64,000 nucleotides of DNA from Planctomycetota bacterium (lineage in GTDB: Bacteria > Planctomycetota > UBA8108 > SXIK01): the NCBI GenBank assembly GCA_965223265.1, contig OZ244999.1:1376001-1440000 (forward strand), written 5' to 3'. Numbering within the stretch: the first letter of the stretch is position 1; the number at the start of each line of letters is the position of its first letter. The translations under genes were made by a program, and so were the position numbers. The notes beneath the pieces are model-generated. The model had not been told where the DNA came from, did no database searches, and worked only from the letters and a program-made list of their open reading frames with translations. Below, piece after piece: positions 9,368 to 18,855 of this stretch.

Positions 9368-10180
9368 ATGGACGAACGTGCGGAGACAAACGAGGGTGCG
9401 CTGCGGAACTCACTCTTGGTTGTTGCGCACCCTGACGACGAAGTCCTTTGGTTCGGTTCGCTGCTTGACGAGATCGATCAAGTCGTCATCGTCTTCTGCG
9501 ATGACGACGCGGTGCCGGGCCTCGGTGCGCGACGTCAGCGGGCGATTGGCGAACTCCCGTTCTCTGTCACCTGCTTAGGAATCCCCGAAGCTGGGTCGTA
9601 CCAGCTTGCGAACTGGGGGCAACCCATCGTGTCGCCGGCTGGGCTCGCGTTGGAGCCAACCCCAGCTGTCGACGTCAATCGCGTATATGAACAGAACTTC
9701 GTTTTCATTCGAGCCGCTCTCGCGAAGAGATGTTCCCCAGACATGAACGTGTTCACACACAATCCTTGGGGGGAGTACGGTCACGAGGATCACGTCCAGG
9801 TGTTTCGAGCGCTTGAGAGCCTCGGAGCGGAGGTCGGGTTCAACCTGTGCGTGTCCACCTACATTTCGAGCCGTGCAGCGCCTCTGGCGGAACTCTACGC
9901 GTCGGACGAAACGACCGAGACGATCCATCGCGTCGTTGACCCCTGGAGGGTGAACCAGATCGCTGACATCTACAAGCGGCACGATTGCTGGACGTGGGCC
10001 GACGATTGGGTCTGGAACGAATCAGAACACTTTGTCGGCTGCCCGACTTTGCGCGCCGCCGGCGTCCCAAAAACGGGGCCCCCGAACATGCGATGGTTGC
10101 AGCAGATCCCCTCGTGCGTCGAGGCTCGGTTGCCGGCGCCGAAGGGCAATCCCCCTGGTCCGCCATCGCTGCCGTTCTGA
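9368..10180 (+). CDS. PIG-L/LmbE family Zn-dependent N-deacetylase
   Basis: LLVVAHPDDE (HxDD) and THNPWGEYGHEDH (HxDH) metal/catalytic motifs. Confidence 0.85.
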   Translation: MDERAETNEGALRNSLLVVAHPDDEVLWFGSLLDEIDQVVIVFCDDDAVPGLGARRQRAIGELPFSVTCLGIPEAGSYQLANWGQPIVSPAGLALEPTPAVDVNRVYEQNFVFIRAALAKRCSPDMNVFTHNPWGEYGHEDHVQVFRALESLGAEVGFNLCVSTYISSRAAPLAELYASDETTETIHRVVDPWRVNQIADIYKRHDCWTWADDWVWNESEHFVGCPTLRAAGVPKTGPPNMRWLQQIPSCVEARLPAPKGNPPGPPSLPF

Positions 10181-10346
10181 TGTCGCGTTCGTCGAGAACA
10201 CTCTTTTCGATCATTTTGCAAGCGGAGGTTCGATGAAACTTGAGTATGCCAAAGCCTCGACCATCGATCCGAAATCGACTTTCACGTTCTCTCAAAAGCG
10301 AATGATTCTCACGTTCAGCGCGGTACAAGGAGCGAGGTTTCTTACC

Positions 10347-11621
10347 TTGCGGGCGACTGATGCATGGTTACGACAGAGCTTTGGCGCGGCAAATTCTTCC
10401 CGACGTCGCTTCTGCCAGCTTGCTATGCTGTGTTTTCTGTTTGCAGCATGCGAGACGCCAACGACACCAGATCCCACTCTCAGCCCCACGACGCATCGAT
10501 TCGAGAACCGTGACGCGTGGAAACTCGAGAACGACCGCTTGCGGATTTCGATTCTGCATGGAGGTGGGCACATCGCGGAGGTCGTGCTCAAGGGCGATGT
10601 GGCAGATTCCGTCAATCCTTTGTGGGTGCCCCCGTGGCCATCGATCGAACCGTGGACCTTCGACGTCGAGAGACACGGGCGGGTCTATGGCACCAACGCT
10701 GAAGCCTCACTTCTCTCTGGGATCATGGGGCACAACCTATGTTTTGATTTCTGGGGCACTCCGTCTGCAGCCGAGTCTCGAGCCGGAATCGCCTATCACG
10801 GCGAAGCCTCGATCCTGAGAGCCGAGATGTTGACGAGGGAAGAGAACTCGTTGACGCATCGGCTGAGTCTTAAAGAGTCCGGCACTTCCATCACGAGGAC
10901 GATGACGCTGGTCCCTGGCCAGTCTGTACTCTACGTCGAAGAGACGGCCGAGAATCACACCAGCCTCGACAGGCCGTTTGGTTGGGTCCAGCACGCGACG
11001 TTCGGGCCTCCTTTCGTGCATCCCGAGACGGTGTACTTCGACGCGTCCGCGACGCACGGCGACCTTGGAGGAGACACATTTGAACCTTTAGGCACGTGGC
11101 CCGTAGGTTCACCGTCGGACGGCCAGGAGGATTACCGCCGTTTTTCCCCGGAATCTCCGAGTTCGAAGATGGCCTACTTCTTGATGGATCCGGGACGAGA
11201 ACTTCAGTTCGTCACGGCGCTCAGCACCGAGTTCAATTTGCTCATTGGCTATCTCTTTTGGCGCAGTGAGTACCCATGGATGATGGTTTGGGAGGAGAAT
11301 CGCCAGCTCCAAGCGCCACCGTGGAACGGCGAGACGATCACCCGGGGGATGGAGTTCGGCAACACTCGCATCCCGGGCAGTGCTCGACAGTATTTCAAGA
11401 GACCGGAGCTCTATGCTACACCAACTTTCGGGTGGCTGGATGCGAGGGCGCAAGTGACGAAGCGCTATGCACTGTTTCTTGTTGAGATCCCGGCAGGGAT
11501 GACGGGAGTGCGCGACGTGCAGTTGGAGGGAGCGGTCATCGTCGTCGACGCTCAAGGTGTTTCCGAACGGCTGCGGATTCCTTTCGATCCACATCGCTTT
11601 CCTCGTCCTTCGTCAGACTGA
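10347..11621 (+). CDS. Probable Tat lipoprotein with galactose-mutarotase/aldose-epimerase-like beta-sandwich
   Basis: TTG start after GAGG; SRRRF twin-arginine and LFAAC lipobox; KLENDRLRISILHGGGHIA, YHGEA, WVQHATFG and RGMEFG motifs. The start position is uncertain. Confidence 0.65.
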   Translation: MRATDAWLRQSFGAANSSRRRFCQLAMLCFLFAACETPTTPDPTLSPTTHRFENRDAWKLENDRLRISILHGGGHIAEVVLKGDVADSVNPLWVPPWPSIEPWTFDVERHGRVYGTNAEASLLSGIMGHNLCFDFWGTPSAAESRAGIAYHGEASILRAEMLTREENSLTHRLSLKESGTSITRTMTLVPGQSVLYVEETAENHTSLDRPFGWVQHATFGPPFVHPETVYFDASATHGDLGGDTFEPLGTWPVGSPSDGQEDYRRFSPESPSSKMAYFLMDPGRELQFVTALSTEFNLLIGYLFWRSEYPWMMVWEENRQLQAPPWNGETITRGMEFGNTRIPGSARQYFKRPELYATPTFGWLDARAQVTKRYALFLVEIPAGMTGVRDVQLEGAVIVVDAQGVSERLRIPFDPHRFPRPSSD

Positions 11622-11698
11622 CTTGGCAGCAGTCCCCGTGACGGTCATGTTCGGAGCGATCTGGCGCTCGGCCGTTCATACCGAACGTGTGGAGGAGG

Positions 11699-14218
11699 TT
11701 ACTGCGTCAACTTCAGCGGCACGCGCGCCAAGTAGATGTCCGCTGCGTCTTTGGATCGAAACTCGCCCTCGTACTCATGCGCGGCTCGGTGGTAGACGAT
11801 CAGCAGGTCGTCACCGTCGCGAACGGCGGCAGCATAGGAGCTGTCATGGTTACCGTCGAGTGCTCCGAGTTGGCAGTAGGGGTGCAGCCGTCCGTTCTCG
11901 TACGTGTAGACCATCGTCGCTTGCTTGACGTTGACTGTGCCAGTCGAGGACGGTGGGCGCGCTGCCGCTGGATCGAGCGGCGGGTCATAGGCGAGCAGTC
12001 GTGAGATGACGTATATGACGCCGTCGAACGTGTAGGCTGCGTGTCCGGAAAGATGGACCTCCGCCGGACGTTCTTGCCATTTGGCATAGGGTGGTTCCGA
12101 CACCAGGATTGCTCCGCCCACCGTCGCTTGGCACCGCAAGAACGCGGTCAGCTGACCACTCGGTTCGAAGAGCAGTGTCGTTTCGCTTTCCCCCTGACCG
12201 GATCTGATGGTGGAGATCCTGTGCCAATCGATACCGTCCGACGAGGTCACGAGGTGCGAGGAACGCGCAGTGTTAGGGCCCGGCCGGTGTGCCCCGGCCC
12301 AATACCTTCCAGCATGTTGGATCGGCTTCCACAAAATGAATCCTGGCTCGAGGATCGTCTGCGGAGTGCTCCAGGCCTGGCCGTCGCCGGTGTGAGTGAC
12401 GGACACATCAAATCGTCGCTCTTCGAACAAGCTATTGGTGTAGAGAAACAGCTTGTCCGCAGTGACGAGAAACTGCGCATCTCGGTCGTCGCCGGAGATG
12501 TCCATTCGCAGAATCTCCGTCCATTTGTGTGTGTCGGCCGATCGCAGCACGATCATGTCACCGTCACGCGCGACGTGCCCTGTCGCTTTGCGAAACGCGA
12601 GCCAGTAGTGACCTTTCCATTTCACAAAAGCTGCGAACGCATTGTGCCGCCCGTCTGAGACAACCTTGCGAACATTCGAAGGTTCTATCAGACCGTTTTG
12701 CTTCGCGCTCTGCTTCAAGGCGCGTTGAAGGAGATTTTGCGTGATCTGCTGGACGCGTGCGTCAGGCCCATGTGGGCGACTCCAATGGGACCAGGGGAGC
12801 GTGTGACCCGGCGGCGAGCTGAGCCCTTGAGCCCAGAAGATGGTCGCGGCGTTGAAAACGAAATTGTCCTTGGGGCCAGGATAGACCGTCGCGGTCCAGC
12901 GCTGGGGACGCTCGCCGCCGACAAACGCGGTGCCAGCCGCCACCACTTCCAATCCGGCGATGTCGGCGGGTGCGCCGTGGTACTCCCAGCCAACAAGCCC
13001 CGGAATCCGGTCGCCGCGTTTGACGTCCGCGCCGGCGAAGATCCAGTGGTCGGGTCGCTCGATGATCCAGTCCCCACCGCCGTTGACCGGTTCGACATTG
13101 CGAGCGCCCATCAGCAGGCCTTCGTCCGGTCCGCGTTCTGAGAACGGACCGAAGTTGCGCTCGCGCTCGAGGGCGTAGTCGTTGTTCGCACCGTACGGCC
13201 CAGCTCGAGAGAAGATGCGATGCGGGCGGCCGTTGCCGCTGGGGCGGAGCGGCGCAACCCAGCAAACGGAGTTTCCCGACAAGAAGAGCAAGCTGACGCC
13301 AGCGTCGCGCATCTGCTCGACTGAGCGAAACTGGCGGATGTCCCAGTACTCGTCGTGTCCGACACTGATGAATGCCTTACACTTCAAACCTCGTTCCGGC
13401 GTGAGTAGGTCGCTGTTGGAGCAGTAGGTTACGTCGTAGCCGTGTTGTTCGAGCCAGAAAGCGAGCGGGAACTCGAACGGCAAAAACTCTCCCGAGCCGA
13501 ACGTTAGCGGGTCGTTGACGACGCCGATGTGTTGGGCTTCGCGTCCGTACGGCCGTTCGAAGCTCACATCTGCCCATGGTCCTTGTGTTCCGTTCGGATG
13601 GGTGTAGAGGGAGTAGTGATTCGGCCAGCGGTTGTAGGCCTGCCAAGTGTTGTCGGAACACTGGAATAAGATGTCAGCGGGGCGGTCGTCGCGCACGATG
13701 AAGACCACGTAACTCTGCCAGTACGGGGTGTCTTCGCTGACGGGCAGCGTTGTGAGTCGACCCAGATAGACGCCACTCAGCCAGTCGGATGGGATCGTCA
13801 GACTTGTCGTTGGCTGCCATTGGCACTCATGAACGTTCTTCGCCCCGATTTCTGGATCAGGTTGTGGAGCGCCGTCGAACGGCCCCAATTTCGTCATCAG
13901 CCGTGCACCGCGGCCGCCGTAGAATCCCATGCGGAAGATTTCGATGTGAAAGCGCTGCGGCGGATTCGCGGAGACCATGATGTCGATCGACTCTCCGGAT
14001 CGAACGCTTTGTTTGGAGCAGTAGCCTTCGATCCACGGCGTGCGAAATCCATTCCGGTCCGGTCGAACTCGCGTCAGCTGCCAGTCGGTCGTGCCTTGTT
14101 TGCGGTTCTCCGCTGCAACGAGAGTTTCCGCTCTCTGGTCCGCTGCCGCGAGTGTTGGTGACAAAGCGAAGGCCAAAAGCCACCCGCCCAGACGGATCTT
14201 CCACGAAAGGCCAGACAT
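11699..14218 (-). CDS. Secreted fusion: N,N-dimethylformamidase beta-subunit-like domain plus sialidase/BNR-like beta-propeller
   Basis: Signal peptide. The DMFase-beta-like part has AEN..GTTDW, TWQAYN and GHDEYW. The C-terminal part has DGRHNAF, DDRD and Asp-boxes (TGDGQAW, SSDGIDW). Confidence 0.75.
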   Translation of the reverse strand: MSGLSWKIRLGGWLLAFALSPTLAAADQRAETLVAAENRKQGTTDWQLTRVRPDRNGFRTPWIEGYCSKQSVRSGESIDIMVSANPPQRFHIEIFRMGFYGGRGARLMTKLGPFDGAPQPDPEIGAKNVHECQWQPTTSLTIPSDWLSGVYLGRLTTLPVSEDTPYWQSYVVFIVRDDRPADILFQCSDNTWQAYNRWPNHYSLYTHPNGTQGPWADVSFERPYGREAQHIGVVNDPLTFGSGEFLPFEFPLAFWLEQHGYDVTYCSNSDLLTPERGLKCKAFISVGHDEYWDIRQFRSVEQMRDAGVSLLFLSGNSVCWVAPLRPSGNGRPHRIFSRAGPYGANNDYALERERNFGPFSERGPDEGLLMGARNVEPVNGGGDWIIERPDHWIFAGADVKRGDRIPGLVGWEYHGAPADIAGLEVVAAGTAFVGGERPQRWTATVYPGPKDNFVFNAATIFWAQGLSSPPGHTLPWSHWSRPHGPDARVQQITQNLLQRALKQSAKQNGLIEPSNVRKVVSDGRHNAFAAFVKWKGHYWLAFRKATGHVARDGDMIVLRSADTHKWTEILRMDISGDDRDAQFLVTADKLFLYTNSLFEERRFDVSVTHTGDGQAWSTPQTILEPGFILWKPIQHAGRYWAGAHRPGPNTARSSHLVTSSDGIDWHRISTIRSGQGESETTLLFEPSGQLTAFLRCQATVGGAILVSEPPYAKWQERPAEVHLSGHAAYTFDGVIYVISRLLAYDPPLDPAAARPPSSTGTVNVKQATMVYTYENGRLHPYCQLGALDGNHDSSYAAAVRDGDDLLIVYHRAAHEYEGEFRSKDAADIYLARVPLKLTQ

Positions 14219-14273
14219 TACGCGTTCTCCACAAGGTCGGAATCTCTTCGGAAAAACAAACTCATCAACCAGG

Positions 14274-15797
14274 TTACGATCGCGTCTCGTTCCTGTCGGT
14301 CCGCTTTTTCTGTGTCGACGTGTTGGTCGATTTGCGGCTGGCTCTCTTCCACAAAACTATGCCGTCGATGTCGTTGGTAGACTCCGCACCCGGCGTGGTG
14401 CGGCCGCTTCTGATGTCGGCTTTTAGTTGTTCGAGGAGCTGCTTGACCACGTCTGGTCTTTGTCGGTAGAGGTTTCTTCTCTCGTCGACGTCAGCGGAAA
14501 GATCGTAGAGCTGCCCTTTTGGGGCGCCGCCTTCGACCTGATCCTCTTTCGGTGACGACCATCCACCCGAGCCCCGAGCTAAGATCAGTTTCCACCTGCC
14601 GCTACGGTAGGCAAAATGTCCGCTGACCGAATGGTGGACGACGCCTTTTCTGGTGGATTCGATCGTCTGGCCGAAGAATGCCGGCAAGAAACTGACGCTG
14701 TCCTCGCAGCTGCCGGTGGGTCGATTGACCCCGAGGATGTCGGCGACTGTGGCGAAGACGTCGGTTAGACAAATCAGCTGATTGCTCGTCGTACCTGGTT
14801 CGACCTTTCCCGGCCACCGCACGATGAACGGAACGCGATGGCCTCCCTCCCAAATGTCAGCCTTTGAGCCGCGAAAGTGCGCGCTGACTTTGTGACCCTG
14901 CCTAGCGAGTGCGGGAATGTCTGCGGCTCTGGAGCAGCCGTTGTCGCTCGTGAAAATGACGAGTGTTTGGTCGGCGATGCCGTTCTCCGCGAGTGCTGTG
15001 GTGATCTGGCCAAGAGCGTGATCCGTTTGCATGACGAAGTCGCCGTACTCTCCGAGGCCGCTTTTTCCCTGCCACTCGGGTGTCGGGACGATCGGTGTGT
15101 GCGGCGAGCCGAGTGGGACATACAGAAAGAATGGTTGTTTCGCCTTTGCCCGCGCGTTGATGAAGTCGACGCTCTTTTCTATCAGGCGTGGGAGGAAGTT
15201 GATGACCTCGTCGTGTTCGATCACACGATCGTTCTCAATGATGGCCCTCATGCTGCGCGCGTGGTGGACGCCATGGAAGTAGTCAAAGCCTCGGTGGACT
15301 GGGCCGTCGGGAATCCTTGCGCCGACCGGTCCTACCCCTTTGTGCTTCTGTTTCGTGTATTCACGACCGTTGGCATCGAGGTAGCGGCAGTTCAGATGCC
15401 ACTTTCCCACGATGCCGGTGTCATATCCCTGTGATTTGAGGAAGCTCGCGATCGTCGGACGATCTTTTGCGATGAGACACGGCTCAAATCCCTGCACAAC
15501 ACCTCGCTGCAGCTTTGTTCGCCAGCTGTATCGTCCGGTCAGTAGGCCATACCGCGTTGGAGTGCATACCGACGAACCTGAGTGCGCGTCGGTGAAGATC
15601 AGGCCTTCGCGCGCGAGCCGATCAACGTGAGGCGTCTTGATGCGGCCGTGATTCGGGTTCAGGCACTGGACGTCGCCGTAGCCAAGGTCGTCGCACATGA
15701 CGAGAACGATGTTGGGCGGCGCCGCGAGAGTGGCTTGCGTGATGGCAAACGCAAGGATGCACGGGATCAACTGAGCCGAGTGCGTGAGTGTCTTCAA
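14274..15797 (-). CDS. Arylsulfatase (Cys-type, S1 family)
   Basis: PNIVLVMCDDLGYGD, CTPTR formylglycine motif, GKWH, SDNG and EGGHRVP. TTG start with AAGGAGG upstream. Confidence 0.93.
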   Translation of the reverse strand: MKTLTHSAQLIPCILAFAITQATLAAPPNIVLVMCDDLGYGDVQCLNPNHGRIKTPHVDRLAREGLIFTDAHSGSSVCTPTRYGLLTGRYSWRTKLQRGVVQGFEPCLIAKDRPTIASFLKSQGYDTGIVGKWHLNCRYLDANGREYTKQKHKGVGPVGARIPDGPVHRGFDYFHGVHHARSMRAIIENDRVIEHDEVINFLPRLIEKSVDFINARAKAKQPFFLYVPLGSPHTPIVPTPEWQGKSGLGEYGDFVMQTDHALGQITTALAENGIADQTLVIFTSDNGCSRAADIPALARQGHKVSAHFRGSKADIWEGGHRVPFIVRWPGKVEPGTTSNQLICLTDVFATVADILGVNRPTGSCEDSVSFLPAFFGQTIESTRKGVVHHSVSGHFAYRSGRWKLILARGSGGWSSPKEDQVEGGAPKGQLYDLSADVDERRNLYRQRPDVVKQLLEQLKADIRSGRTTPGAESTNDIDGIVLWKRASRKSTNTSTQKKRTDRNETRS

Positions 15798-16009
15798 CGG
15801 TTTCCTTCCTCCTTGATCGGCCGAAGATGCAGCATGAAAAGGGTAGCATAGAGGAGAGAGGAAAGAACGAATGGACAGAGAGCGGGACACACGATTCGCG
15901 CTGAGTTTCATAACTGCCTAAGGCTCGGCTCGAAGAGGTTACGGCGGCGGCTACGGGCTCGATCTTCGACCGCGAATCGCTGTTTGATGCGGCTCTGAGC
16001 GTGGACCTC

Positions 16010-16025
16010 TGTGATCTAAGTCACA
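16010..16025. promoter_or_regulatory. Perfect CRP-type operator TGTGA-N6-TCACA in a divergent promoter region
   Basis: TGTGA TCTAAG TCACA, extendable to the CTCTGTGA/TCACAGAG palindrome (16007-16028). It lies between the sulfatase and the cytochrome c/DUF1501 operon. Confidence 0.65.
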
Positions 16026-16164
16026 GAGATTCTCGCTAGGAGTCGGTAGCGTGCCTGGACTCCTGGTCGAGACGCCATTGCTTCAGGATCGGCCCAACAA
16101 AAGCCCTTTTTCGGCAAAACGACCGTACAGACTCGTACCGTCGTGAAAGTGAGGAAATTGCCTC

Positions 16165-18804
16165 ATGAGGATGCATCACCCGTCCATTTCGCTGCTGGTG
16201 GCGATCGCGTCGATTGTCCTCTGTAGGGGCCTCGGCCGTAGCGAACTTGCCGCGGAGGAGACTCCAGCCGTCGGGGAAGAAGGCCGGGGAGTGGAGCTGT
16301 TTGAGAAGCGCATCCAGCCTCTGCTGGTGAAGGAGTGTTATGAGTGTCATTCCAAGGCTGCGAGGAATATCGAGGGAGGGCTCGAGCTCGACGTCCCGAA
16401 CGGACTGCGCCGAGGCGGCGACTCGGGTCCGACTTTGATTCCTCACCAAGTCGATGAGAGTCCACTCCTGAGGATGCTACGTCACGTAGATGGCGTCTCG
16501 GCGATGCCACCGGAGCGCAAGCTGGCGGAGGACTCGATTGCTGCGTTTAGCGAATGGATTCGACTTGGCGCCCCTGACCCGCGCCGGGACTCCGGACCGA
16601 CAGCGAAAGAACAACGCCTGGCGGCGGGTTTGGCCCATTGGGCGTTTCAACCGCCGCGACCGGTCGAGCTACCGCCAGTCCGGCGGGTCGACTGGCCACG
16701 CGACGATCTTGACCGTTTCCTACTGGCCCGCATGGAAGAACGTGGCGTGCAGCCGGTGGACGACGCGAGCCGCCGCAGTCTGGTGCGTCGTGTCTTCTTT
16801 GATCTGATCGGTCTGCCGCCATCGCCGCGCGATGTTGAGGCTTTCGTGGCGAGCGACGCGCCGGATGCGTTGGCCAAGCTGGTGGACCGGTTGTTGGATT
16901 CGCCTCGATTCGGTGAACGCTGGGGGCGTCATTGGTTGGACGTCGTGCGCTACGCGGAGTCGAGTGGCATGGAGTTCAATTTCACATATCCGCACGCATG
17001 GCCCTATCGAAATTATGTGATCGATGCTCTGAACGACGACAAACCATTCGACTTGTTCCTGCGTGAACAGATCGCGGGCGACCTCATGGCAGCGCGAGAA
17101 AACGATACGCCAGAGGCGATCGAAGCACGCCACATCGCCGTGAGCGTCTTGGCTTTTGGTCCCAAAAGACACAACTCTGGTGGGGTGCAGTTTCAGATGG
17201 ACGTCGTGGACGACCAGATCAACACGGTCACTCGTGCGACGTTGGCTCTCACGGTCGCTTGCGCCCGTTGTCACGACCACAAGTTTGATCCGATCCCGAC
17301 GCGCGACTACTACGCCCTGGCGGGAATCTTTCTGAGCACGGAGCCGCTCTATGGGACCATCCAGCAGAAATACAGCAATAACCCGACCGACCTACTTCCG
17401 ATTGGCCTGAACGCGGCTGCGCGGCATGCCATTGCCGAGGATTACGAAGAGGTAACGAAGCAGATTCAAGAAACCTTGGCCGCTCAGCGCGAAGAGTTGA
17501 AAAAAGCGGCGGCGGCTGAGCACGCAGCGGCAGCGAAGAAGGAAGAGATCGAGGCTCAGCTACTAGCGGTCGCCGCGCGTTCGGTTGATGGAGAGTCGAT
17601 CCGAGAATTTGAGGTCGCCGAAGAGGAGTTGGAAGAGGTTGCCGCGGCGCTGGAGAAGGCGTCAGCGCGGGTCGGCGAGCGCCGGGCGGCAGTCGCGAAG
17701 CTCGAAACCGAGGCGGCCGAGCGCCAGAAGCACCAGCCGTCGCGGCCGGCATATGCGATGACCGCTCGCGACCGTGCTGAGCCGGCCGATACTAAGATTG
17801 CTATTCGTGGCGATCCTGGCACCAGGGGCGATCTTGTGCGGCGAGGATTCCTCAGCGCTGTGCGAGTGCCAGATGCACCCAAGATCAATCCCCAGCAGAG
17901 CGGCCGCTTGGAGCTGGCTCTCTGGATCACAAGTCCTGAGAACCCACTCACAGCACGCGTCATGGTCAATCGCATTTGGCATCACCTCTTCGGACGAGGA
18001 TTGGTCTCGACGGTCGATAACTTCGGTGTCATCGGGAAGACGCCGAGCCATCCCGAGCTCCTCGACATGCTCGCCCGACGCTTCGTCCGTGAGGGTTGGT
18101 CGATCAAGCGCCTGATTCGCTCGATCATGCTCAGCCGAACCTATCAACTCGGCACTGCGCCAAGCACGTCAAACATGGCGATCGACCCGGACAACCGGTT
18201 GTTCTGGCGAGCGACGCCGAGGCGCCTTCAGGCCGAAGCGATTCGCGACACGATTCTCGCGGTCAGCGGCCAACTCGACCTCAGACGTCCTGATGGTTCG
18301 AGCGTCACCATGCTGGGAGATCAACTCGTGCGCGGCATCGCGACTGAGAAGATTCAGCCACCGAGCAACCACCGAAGTGTCTACTTGCCTGTCGTGCGGG
18401 ACTATGTCCCGGAACTCTTCGACCTGTTCGATTTTCCGTCTCCCAGCCTTGTCAGTGGACGTCGCTCGGTGACTAATGTCCCCTCGCAAGCGCTCTATTT
18501 GTGTAATTCACCATTCGTCGCCGAGCACGCGCGACACGCCGCGCGCCGCTTGCTGGCGTTGACTGCCGCGACCGACGACGCGGCACGCGTCGATCTGGCG
18601 ATGCGTTGGGCCTTGGCGCGTCGCCCTTCCGACAGCGAGCGAGCCGACGCTCTGCGCTTGGTCGATGAGGTCCGGAACACTGAATCACGGAGCGATGCAT
18701 CCGAAGAGAGAGCTTGGGCGGCTTGGTTCCATGCACTCTTTTCTGGGGCGGAGTTTCGCTACCTCGTTGATGTTGATGCGGTTGGAGACGCACGAAATGA
18801 GTAA
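16165..18804 (+). CDS. Planctomycete cytochrome c - DUF1549 - DUF1553 protein
   Basis: Signal peptide, CYECH and CARCH heme motifs, FGERWGRHWLDVVRYAES, ARVMVNRIWHHLFGRGLV, RRLQAEAIRD and a coiled-coil insert. Confidence 0.93.
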   Translation: MRMHHPSISLLVAIASIVLCRGLGRSELAAEETPAVGEEGRGVELFEKRIQPLLVKECYECHSKAARNIEGGLELDVPNGLRRGGDSGPTLIPHQVDESPLLRMLRHVDGVSAMPPERKLAEDSIAAFSEWIRLGAPDPRRDSGPTAKEQRLAAGLAHWAFQPPRPVELPPVRRVDWPRDDLDRFLLARMEERGVQPVDDASRRSLVRRVFFDLIGLPPSPRDVEAFVASDAPDALAKLVDRLLDSPRFGERWGRHWLDVVRYAESSGMEFNFTYPHAWPYRNYVIDALNDDKPFDLFLREQIAGDLMAARENDTPEAIEARHIAVSVLAFGPKRHNSGGVQFQMDVVDDQINTVTRATLALTVACARCHDHKFDPIPTRDYYALAGIFLSTEPLYGTIQQKYSNNPTDLLPIGLNAAARHAIAEDYEEVTKQIQETLAAQREELKKAAAAEHAAAAKKEEIEAQLLAVAARSVDGESIREFEVAEEELEEVAAALEKASARVGERRAAVAKLETEAAERQKHQPSRPAYAMTARDRAEPADTKIAIRGDPGTRGDLVRRGFLSAVRVPDAPKINPQQSGRLELALWITSPENPLTARVMVNRIWHHLFGRGLVSTVDNFGVIGKTPSHPELLDMLARRFVREGWSIKRLIRSIMLSRTYQLGTAPSTSNMAIDPDNRLFWRATPRRLQAEAIRDTILAVSGQLDLRRPDGSSVTMLGDQLVRGIATEKIQPPSNHRSVYLPVVRDYVPELFDLFDFPSPSLVSGRRSVTNVPSQALYLCNSPFVAEHARHAARRLLALTAATDDAARVDLAMRWALARRPSDSERADALRLVDEVRNTESRSDASEERAWAAWFHALFSGAEFRYLVDVDAVGDARNE

Positions 18805-18855
18805 ACGATCTCGAACCTCAGTTCGTCCAGGAATGTTGACCGGAGCACCGTCGAT

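Noticed and set aside
10032-10346. Long N-terminal extension of the mutarotase-like ORF
   Set aside because: It overlaps the deacetylase gene, and the export signal lies just after TTG 10347.
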